Positions 17,909 to 25,914 of a stretch of DNA of 46,457 nucleotides are shown here, one piece after another. Where the stretch lies: contig CAZWCD010000001.1 of assembly GCA_964632275.1 (NCBI GenBank), positions 28,721 to 75,177 of the forward strand, given 5' to 3'. The DNA comes from an uncultured Thermodesulfobacteriota bacterium (GTDB taxonomy: Bacteria > Desulfobacterota > WTBG01). Below the pieces are notes generated by a model, which saw nothing but the letters and a program-made list of their open reading frames with translations, had not been told where the DNA came from and did not search any database. Numbering within the stretch: the first letter of the stretch is position 1; each line of letters begins with the position of its first letter. The position numbers and the translations under genes were made by a program.

Positions 17909-20900
17909 TGGATACCTTCTCCATCTTGACTGCTGCCTGATCAATCATTGCCTCTATCTGTTCGGTGGTGAAGTGGAGCGGGGAAATGGCTCCCACCGGA
18001 CAGGTCGCGGCGCAGGAACCGCACCCCTTGCAGGAGGCGGGGTTGATCGTCGCCTTGCGCGCATTGAATGCCAGGGACTCCAGACGCACCTTCCGGTCCT
18101 CCAGGCTGATCGCCCGGTAGGGGCAGACCTCTACGCACAGGCCGCACCCCTTGCAGCGCGTTTCATCGATGACCGATATGTTTGCCTCTGCCTCAACCTT
18201 TCCCCGGGCCAGCAGGATCCCGGCGCGCGAGCCCGCCGCATTGGCCTGGGCGATGGTCTCTTCGATGTGCTTGGGATAGTGGGCCATGCCGCAGAGAAAG
18301 ACGCCTTCGGTGGCAAAATCAACCGGGCGCAGCTTGACATGGGCCTCCAGGAAGAAACCTTCCTTGCTCAACGGGACCTTAAAAAGCTGACCCAGCTCCT
18401 TGTTGCTTTCCGGCGGCACGGTCGCCACTGAAAGCACCAGCAGGTCGGCTTCAAGGGAGAGCCGCGCATCAAGGAAGGGATCCCGGGCGCTGATCATCAG
18501 CCGGTCTCCATCAAAACCGGCCTCGGGTTTGTTCTGGAGGGTATAGCGGATAAACACCACCCCTGCGTCGCGCGCCTTCCGGTAATAGTCCTCCTTGAAT
18601 CCGTAGGTCATCATGTCGCGGTAGAGAACATAGACATTGACCTCCGGGTTGCGATCTTTCAGCGTCAGCGCGTTTTTTACCGCCTTGGTGCAGCATATCC
18701 GGCTGCAGTACGGGCGCTCCTCGCTGCGCGATCCCACGCACTGGATCATCACCACGTTTTTTGCCTGCTTGATCCGGGGGCTTTGTTTCTCCAGCTCGCC
18801 CTCCAGCTCTTTCTGGGTGAGGACGCGGCCGTCCTTTCCGTACCCGTATTCATCGGGCTTGAATTCCTGCGCCCCGCTGGCAATGATCGCCGCGCCGTGT
18901 TTGATCTCCACCGGTTCCTTCCCGCCCTTTAAGGCAACGGTTGAGGTGTAGCTTCCCACATATCCGGAGACCTTTTGGAGCTCGGCGCCGGTGTGCACGG
19001 TAATGCGGGGATGCTTCATCACCCGGTCGACGAGCGATGCCAGGTATTCCTGCACATCTGCGCCTTCCAGGGTGCTGTAAAGGGACCGTGCGGTGCCGCC
19101 GAGCTGCGCTTCCTTTTCCAGCAGGAAGACCGAAAAGCCCTGATCGGCAAGGTTGAGGGCGCTCACCATGCCGGCAATGCCCCCGCCGATAACCAGCGCG
19201 GAGGGATTGAGCTCCAGGGTAAGCCGCTTGAGCGGCACAATCAAGCCGGCCCGCGCCACCGCCATGCGCACCAGGTCCTTGGCCTTCTCGGTGGCGGCCG
19301 CTTTATCCTGCTGGTGCACCCAGCTGCACTGATCGCGGATGTTGGCCAGCTCAAACAGGTAGCGGTTCAGTCCCGCCTCCTGGATGGTTTCCTGAAAAAG
19401 CGGCTCGTGGGTGCGGGGCGAACATGAGGCAACGACCACCCGGTTGAGCTTGTGCTCGGCAATGAGCGCCTTGATTTTCTCCTGGGTATCCTGGGAGCAG
19501 CTGTAGAGGTTCTCTTCCGCGTACACCACGTTGGGAAGTTCCCGGGCAAGGGCAACCACCGATTTCACATCCACCACCGAACCGATATTGATGCCGCAGT
19601 GGCAGACAAACACACCGATGCGGGGGGTCTGCCCCGACACGTCCAACTCGGCGGGGAGCTTTTTCTCCTGCACCAGCATCTTGCGTGCGGGACTGAGCAG
19701 GGCCGCGGCAAGGCCGGCGGCGCCGCTTGACTGGGCCACCGTTTCCGGGATGTCCTTCGGCCCCTGGAAGAGGCCGGTCACAAAAATCCCCGGCTTGCTG
19801 GTATCGAGCGGGGAGAGCGTCCCCGAGCTGCAGAACCGGTGCTGGTTGAGATCAATCCCGAGCGCTGCGGCCAGCTCCCTGCTGCTCCGTGACGGCTCCA
19901 AGCCCACCGAGAGCACCACCAGCTCAAACTCCTCCTCCCGTATCTTTCCCTCTTCGCTGACGTACTTTATCAGGAGGTTGCGTGTATCCGGCAGCTCCTT
20001 GACCGACGATACATTGGAGGGAACAAAGCGTATGCCGTGCTTGTCCCGCGCCTCGGTGTAGTATGCGTCAAAGCCCTTGCCGTATGCCCGGATATCCATG
20101 TAAAAAATGGTGATGTCCATTGCCGACGCATGTTCCTTGGCAATGATCGACTCCTTCACCGCGTACATGCAGCACACCCCGGAGCAGTAGCCGTTGCCGT
20201 ACTGAAGGTCGCGCGAACCGACGCACTGGATGAAGGCGACGCGTTTGGGCTCGGCCTTGTCCGAAGGCCGCCGGACGTGTCCCTCATAGGGGCCCGAGGC
20301 CGAAAGCAGCCGCTCGAACTGGATGCTGGTGACCACGTTCTCGTAGCGGCCGTAGCCGAAGGGATATTTCCGGGCCGCATCGTATTCGTCAAACCCCGGC
20401 GACAGGATCACCGCGCCCACCGGGAGGTCCCGCACTTCCTCCTTCATCTCAAAGTTGACCGCCCCGGCCTTGCACACCTTGACGCAGAGCTGGCACTTGC
20501 CCTTGGTCAGGAAGCGGCAGTAGCGGGGATCGATGTGGTAGACATGGGGCACCGCCTGGGGATAGGGGATGGAGATCGCCCGGCGCTGGGAAAATCCCTC
20601 GTTGAACTCGTCGCTCACCTTCGAGGGGCATTTCTCGGCGCAGGCACCGCAGGCGACGCATTTGGCCGGGTCCACATAGGACGGCTTGCGCAGGACGGAA
20701 ACGGTGAAGTTGCCCGGCTCCCCGCTAATGCCGGTAATCTGTGAGTGGGTGAGGATTTCAATGTTGAGATGTCTGCCGCACTCCACCAGCTTGGGTGACA
20801 GGATGCACATGGAGCAGTCGTTGGTGGGAAAGGTCTTGTCCAGCTGGGCCATGGCGCCGCCAATGACCGGAGAGCGCTCCACCAGGTACACGAAGTACCC

Positions 20901-21005
20901 CGCGTCGGCCAGGTCCAGCGACGCCTGCACCCCGCCCACGCCCCCTCCCGCCACCAGGACGGATCCGACTATGGTGCGCTCCCGCGCCGCTTCCGGCTCT
21001 GTCAT
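17901..21005 (-). CDS. hdrA: large double-module HdrA-like flavo-iron-sulfur protein
   Basis: 1034 aa. Module 1 has '[17 protein letters not shown]', '[17 protein letters not shown]', 'FIQCVGSRD...[10 protein letters not shown]' and ferredoxin Cys motifs. The middle has '[14 protein letters not shown]'. Module 2 has '[16 protein letters not shown]' and '[23 protein letters not shown]'. The C-terminus carries '[12 protein letters not shown]' and '[12 protein letters not shown]'. Confidence 0.88.
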   Translation of the reverse strand: MTEPEAARERTIVGSVLVAGGGVGGVQASLDLADAGYFVYLVERSPVIGGAMAQLDKTFPTNDCSMCILSPKLVECGRHLNIEILTHSQITGISGEPGNFTVSVLRKPSYVDPAKCVACGACAEKCPSKVSDEFNEGFSQRRAISIPYPQAVPHVYHIDPRYCRFLTKGKCQLCVKVCKAGAVNFEMKEEVRDLPVGAVILSPGFDEYDAARKYPFGYGRYENVVTSIQFERLLSASGPYEGHVRRPSDKAEPKRVAFIQCVGSRDLQYGNGYCSGVCCMYAVKESIIAKEHASAMDITIFYMDIRAYGKGFDAYYTEARDKHGIRFVPSNVSSVKELPDTRNLLIKYVSEEGKIREEEFELVVLSVGLEPSRSSRELAAALGIDLNQHRFCSSGTLSPLDTSKPGIFVTGLFQGPKDIPETVAQSSGAAGLAAALLSPARKMLVQEKKLPAELDVSGQTPRIGVFVCHCGINIGSVVDVKSVVALARELPNVVYAEENLYSCSQDTQEKIKALIAEHKLNRVVVASCSPRTHEPLFQETIQEAGLNRYLFELANIRDQCSWVHQQDKAAATEKAKDLVRMAVARAGLIVPLKRLTLELNPSALVIGGGIAGMVSALNLADQGFSVFLLEKEAQLGGTARSLYSTLEGADVQEYLASLVDRVMKHPRITVHTGAELQKVSGYVGSYTSTVALKGGKEPVEIKHGAAIIASGAQEFKPDEYGYGKDGRVLTQKELEGELEKQSPRIKQAKNVVMIQCVGSRSEERPYCSRICCTKAVKNALTLKDRNPEVNVYVLYRDMMTYGFKEDYYRKARDAGVVFIRYTLQNKPEAGFDGDRLMISARDPFLDARLSLEADLLVLSVATVPPESNKELGQLFKVPLSKEGFFLEAHVKLRPVDFATEGVFLCGMAHYPKHIEETIAQANAAGSRAGILLARGKVEAEANISVIDETRCKGCGLCVEVCPYRAISLEDRKVRLESLAFNARKATINPASCKGCGSCAATCPVGAISPLHFTTEQIEAMIDQAAVKMEKVSNE

Positions 21006-21198
21006 GCAGCAATCATCCTTCGGTGTGTGAACTGTAGGGTGTGCCTTAATGTGTTGAAATGCTTACAGTATAGCGGGCTGCGGCACAACAAATCGCCATC
21101 GGCAGCCGACACTCAAATCCTTGAGATGATTAACATGCTGCGCCCTTGACTGTCAAGTGCAATCAGAGCAGATAGAACAGACATTTCCGCAGCTTGGC

Positions 21199-21690
21199 TC
21201 AAAACGGGAAGGGTGTTTTCTTCTCTTCGGAACCGGCCGCTTCGGATGTCCCCCAGAACACAAAGCTGACCTTTTGCTCCTGTCCGGTTTCATTGATCAA
21301 TTCATCAAGCGTCATGGTGCCGGCAATGGAGCGGTCGAAAAGCAGGATTCCTTTTGCGGAAAATGCGTAGCGGTAGTGCTTTGTTTGTTTCATGACGGTG
21401 GCGGAAAAGTCCGCCGCGAACATAAGGCCGTCCCTCGTGTAGGTGCCGGAGGATTCCTTGAAGTCAACGCCGGGAATCTGTATCTCGAAGGCGTGGCCGT
21501 CGCTGAAGATAAAAAGGGATGAGGAAATGCTGTGGCCGGGAGAAAGGCTGAGAAAGCCGGTTGAAAACGTCAGGGGAACTGCTGCGCTGGTCCCTGCACT
21601 GCGGCCGCTCTCCTTCGAATCTGCCGCCGGACCCGCCGCAAGGGAACCGCTCTGCAATGCCAGCATCAACAGGCAGAGCAAGGTTCGCAT
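21199..21690 (-). CDS. hypothetical secreted protein
   Basis: Start set at 'MRTLLCLLMLALQSGSLAAGP' (signal-peptide-like). No motif that I recognise. Sits alone between two hdr gene sets, with gaps of about 165 nt and about 190 nt on either side. Confidence 0.45.
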   Translation of the reverse strand: MRTLLCLLMLALQSGSLAAGPAADSKESGRSAGTSAAVPLTFSTGFLSLSPGHSISSSLFIFSDGHAFEIQIPGVDFKESSGTYTRDGLMFAADFSATVMKQTKHYRYAFSAKGILLFDRSIAGTMTLDELINETGQEQKVSFVFWGTSEAAGSEEKKTPFPF

Positions 21691-21854
21691 GCAAACCGTA
21701 CCCGCGTGAGACCAGTGCGATTGCATATTCGCTGTCCGCGTGCATGTTTTGGGAGCACCAGTGATAGACTGGAAGGCAGATAATCTCGCAACGTGCCCTC
21801 CCCCGGCGCTTCAGCACCCTCACATTCCCCCGCTGCGGGCTGCGCACGCTGCGC

Positions 21855-24290
21855 TTACTGGGTGCCGAGCGCCTTGATGGTTTCTTCCACCTCCTGGTCG
21901 CTGACGCTCTGCCGCAGCGCATCCATGCGCTTCATGACCTCGGCAAACCGCACGCCTTCCGCCGCGCTGATCCACTCAAGCTGCAGCCGCTCCGTCCGCA
22001 TGCCCAGCGTTTCCATCTTCTTGTGGATTTTGGCCACGCGCTTTTCCGTCCAGTGATTGGCGTTGATATAGTGACAGTCGCCGATGTGACAGCCGCTCAC
22101 CAGGATGACCGGGGCGCCCTTGCTGAACCCGCGCCACACGAAATCCTCATCAACCCGGCCCGAGCACATGGTGCGGATAATCCGCGCATTGGGCGGATAC
22201 TGCAGCCGGGAGACACCGGCAAAGTCGGCGCCGGCGTAGGAGCACCAGTTGCAGGCAAAAACCAGCACCTTCTCCCGGGGGCGCTCAGCCAGCATTGCGT
22301 CGATCTGCCCGGTGATCTGCTCGTCGGTGTAGTGATTCATGATGATGGCGCCGAACGGACATTCGGCGGCGCAGGTGCCGCAGCCGGCGCAGGCCGCCGC
22401 CGTGACCACGGCGGGGGCCTTTTGCTTGGTGTTGACCGTGATCGCATTATAAGGACATACCTCCGCGCACTTGCCGCAGGACCGGCAGTGCTCCTCGACC
22501 ACGGTTGAAATGATGGGCTCGGCAGTGATTTCGCCCCGGTGCATGAGCCGGATGGCCCTGCCGGCGGCGGCGGAGGCCTGGGTCACCGATTCCTTGATGT
22601 CCTTGGGCCCTTCAGCGCAGCCCGCAAAAAAGACGCCCCGGGTGGCGGCATCAACCGGCTGCAGCTTGGGATGGGCTTCAAGAAAGAATCCGTCCGGCGT
22701 GAGCTGCAGCCCGAGCATCTCCTGCAGCCGGTGGGTTTCGGCCGCCGGCTGCACCCCCAGCGCAAGAACGAGCATGTCCAGGTCGTAGCGGTCAATCCTG
22801 CCGGTGGCGGTGTTCTCGACCGCGACCTGCAGGCTTCCGTCAGGCAGCTCCTTCACCGTCCCGGGAAGGCCGCGCAGGTAGTGAACGCCGAGGCGGCGGC
22901 TGCGCATGTACAGGTCCTCGAAGCCCTTGCCGAAGGCGCGGATGTCGATATAAAACACCTTGATGCTCATGTCCGGGTAATGCTCCTTGAGCATGAGGGT
23001 GCTTTTGATGGTGTTCATGCAGCAGATGTTGGAGCAGTAGGTCCCTCCATTGCGCAGCGAGCGCGACCCCACGCACTGGATGAATCCCACCGAGCCCGGC
23101 CTTTTGCGATCTGTCGGCCGCACCAGTTCGCCCTGGGTGGGCCCCCCCGCGTTAATCAGGCGCTCCAGTTCAATGCTGGTGACCACGTTTTCAAACCGGG
23201 TGTAGCCGTACTCGTCAAGCTCCGCCGGGTTGTAGGGCTCGACGCCGGTGGCCACCACGATGGTTCCCACCTGTTCGGTCAGCTCCTCGTCGGACATGTG
23301 AAAGTTGATGCAGTGCTTCTGGCAGACCTCCAGGCACTTCGCGCAGACCGCCGGATTGAAGCCGAGGCACTCCTGGCTGTTGATCATGTAGGAGGACGGC
23401 ACCGCCTGGGGAAAGGGCTTGAAAATCGCCCGGCGCGAGGAAAGCCCGGCATTGTACTCATCCGGCCGCACCACCGGGCAGACGTTCACGCAGTCCCCGC
23501 AGGAGGTGCACTCGCGCTCATCCACGTAGCGGGCGCGCTTGCGCAGGGTGATCTTAAAATTGCCGACCGAGCCCTTGACGTCGACCACCTCGGTGAGCGT
23601 GTACAGCTTGATGCGGGGATGTCGACCGACATCCGTCATTTTGGGACCGAGTATTCATATGGAGCAGTCCATGGTGGGAAAGGTCTTGTCCAGCTGCGCC
23701 ATCAGCCCGCCGATGGAGGGCTGCCGTTCCACCAGGACCACCTCGTAGCCGCTGTCGGCAAGGTCAAGGGCGGCCTGGATGCCGGAGACGCCCCCGCCGA
23801 TCACCATGGTGCGCCGGGTGAGCGGCAGCGTCTCCTCCTCGAGGCTGCAGAGCGCGGCGGCCCGGCTGACCGCCATTTTCACCAGGTCGATGGCCTTCAG
23901 GGTTGCGGCCCCGGGATCGTGCATGTGCACCCAGCTGCACTGCTCGCGCAGGTTCGCCATTTCCATAAGGTAGGGATTGAGCCCGGCGCTCTGCATCATC
24001 TTGCGAAAGGTGGGCTCATGCAGCCGGGGCGAGCATGACGCGACCACCACCCGGTTTATCTCCGCCTCTTCGATGTCTTTGGCTATTTCCGTCTGACCCG
24101 GGGTTGAGCACGCATAGGCGATGACCTTGGTCAGCACGACCCCCGGCTCGCCTGCAGCGGCTTCGGCAACGCGCGCGCAGTCAACCGTCTGGGCGATGTT
24201 CATGCCGCAGCGGCAGACAAAGACCCCGATGCGGGGTGATTGCGCCGATGCGGCGGTTGCCGGCGTCACCTGCTGGCTTTGCGTTTTCAT
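21855..24290 (-). CDS. hdrA: HdrA / MvhD fusion protein (QmoB-like architecture), probable selenoprotein (UGA at codon 212)
   Basis: Two ORF-track ORFs (23655..24362 and 21855..23639) are in the same frame and separated only by the TGA at 23655-23657. The joined sequence 'DKTFPTMDCSI-U-ILGPKMTDVGRH' parallels '[24 protein letters not shown]' in 17901..21005. Start at ATG 24290 (RBS AAGGA). The C-terminal MvhD domain reads '[16 protein letters not shown]...VSGCHIGDCHY'. Confidence 0.8.
23617..23634 (-). promoter_or_regulatory. SECIS-like hairpin downstream of the hdrA UGA
   Basis: mRNA: GGAUGUC-GGUC-GACAUCC, a 7-bp stem with a GGUC tetraloop. The loop GU lies about 30 nt 3' of the UGA. Confidence 0.45.
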
Positions 24291-24336
24291 ATCCGTTTTC
24301 CTTTTGCACGTAAAGAGTGACCCGCAACCGGTGGAC

Positions 24337-25914
24337 TTACTCCCACCTGATGGTCCGGGCAAGCACGCCGGTCAGATCCATCATCTCCATTGTGATATCG
24401 TTTCCCCTGAAGGGATCCTCCATGGCGCAGGTAAGATGAATCTGGCACTTGGGGCATGAGGTCACCAGCAGATCGCTGCCGGTTGCGCGGGCCTGCTCCA
24501 GTCGCTTGACCTGCAGCGCCTTGCTGTACGCGTCGCACCCGGTCCAGGCGCTGTTGCCGCAGCAGATTGAGGCGCGGCCGTGGTCCTGCATTTCCCTGAA
24601 GCTATCCTGCCCCAGCCGTTCAATCAGCCGGCGGGGCAAATCGGGCCGGCCGTCAAACCGGCTCAACCGGCACGAGTCCTGGAAGGTCATGGATCGGCCG
24701 AGCCGGCTGAAGGCAACTTTTCCCTTGCTGATCTCCCGGTCGAGCAGCTCGTAGAGATGAATCACCTCGACGCCGGTCTCGACGCCGAATGCCGGGTAAT
24801 CGTGCTTGAAGGTCCGGTAGCACTCGGGGCAGGACGTCACCACCTGCTTGATGCCCCGCGCGCGCAGGGCCTCCACGTTCAGCCGCGCCAGGCGCAAAAA
24901 ACTGTCGCGGTCGCCGGACCAGAGCAGATCATGGCCGCAGCACCGCTCATCGGAGAGCAGCGCCGGCCGCATATCGAAGAAATTTAACAGCCGCAGGCTA
25001 TCGGCCAGGATGTCCCGCGTGCGCAGGTTCAGGAAATTCTGAAAAAAGAAATCAAAAAATGCGGCGCAGCCGCCCCAGTAGAGCATGGTGCTGCTGGGGT
25101 CAACCGCGATGTCCGGGGGAAGCCAGTCCCACCGCCGCGGGGTCAGCCGCGGGGCAGCGAGCGTTCGCTGCAGCGTCTGGAAAAAGCCGGCATGAGCCTG
25201 GGCCGGGCGGTCGCCGCGGTAATCCAGCGATATGCGCAGGTCGCGGACAAATTCCGAAAAGCGAACCGCCGACGGGCACCGCTCGTAGCACATGCCGCAG
25301 GTCAGGCACGAGGCAACCGCATCCTTCACCGCGGGCGAATCGGTATCGCCGGCAATAATCGACGAAGCGAGCGAGCGGGGCGAAAACGCCTTTCCCGACA
25401 GCGACAGCGGGCATGCCGATGTGCACTTGCCGCAGTCCTGGCAGGCAAACACGTCGTGCCGCTGCACAATGCCGGTCAGCGGCTCCTCAACCGGCGCTTC
25501 CGGCGCGGATGCCGCAATCGGGGTTTTGCCCAGCGCGCGAATTTCCGCGGTGAACCGTTTGAGAAATGCCAGCATGCCCTCATGCTCGTCGGGCAGAAAG
25601 GTTTCAAAGCGCAGGCGCTCGCGGTTCAGGCCGAGCAGGCCGAGGATTTCGCGGGTGTTCCCGATGTTCTTCTCCGAGGTCTCGGTGCCGCTGCCGTAGC
25701 GGCAGGCGCCCGGCCGGCACCCGGCAAGGGCCACGCCGTCCGCGCCGAGCTCAAAGGCCTTCAGCAGCAGGGCCCGGTTGATGCGGCCGGCGCAGGGCAC
25801 CCGGACCGCCTTTATTTCATCGGGTATATCGGCGGCCTGCTCCTGCAGGGTATGAAAGGCCGAGTGCGGCCCCCAGTTGCACAGATAGAGCAGTATGGTA
25901 AACGTATCCTTCAT
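24337..25914 (-). CDS. MvhD-like domain fused to an HdrD-like (2x[4Fe-4S] + CCG domains) oxidoreductase
   Basis: Start set at ATG 25914, which forms an ATGA overlap with the upstream stop. N-terminus 'FTILLYLCNWGPHS...VPCAGRIN...LAGCRPGACRY', then 'CQDCGKCTSACP' and 'CLTCGMCYERCP', then CCG motifs 'RCCGHDL' and 'ICCGNSAW'. Confidence 0.8.
   Translation of the reverse strand: MKDTFTILLYLCNWGPHSAFHTLQEQAADIPDEIKAVRVPCAGRINRALLLKAFELGADGVALAGCRPGACRYGSGTETSEKNIGNTREILGLLGLNRERLRFETFLPDEHEGMLAFLKRFTAEIRALGKTPIAASAPEAPVEEPLTGIVQRHDVFACQDCGKCTSACPLSLSGKAFSPRSLASSIIAGDTDSPAVKDAVASCLTCGMCYERCPSAVRFSEFVRDLRISLDYRGDRPAQAHAGFFQTLQRTLAAPRLTPRRWDWLPPDIAVDPSSTMLYWGGCAAFFDFFFQNFLNLRTRDILADSLRLLNFFDMRPALLSDERCCGHDLLWSGDRDSFLRLARLNVEALRARGIKQVVTSCPECYRTFKHDYPAFGVETGVEVIHLYELLDREISKGKVAFSRLGRSMTFQDSCRLSRFDGRPDLPRRLIERLGQDSFREMQDHGRASICCGNSAWTGCDAYSKALQVKRLEQARATGSDLLVTSCPKCQIHLTCAMEDPFRGNDITMEMMDLTGVLARTIRWE

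Noticed and set aside
22539-24038. 499-aa ORF on the plus strand
   Set aside because: It is antisense to the HdrA-MvhD gene and has a low-complexity Gly/Ala/His/Arg composition. It is a shadow ORF.
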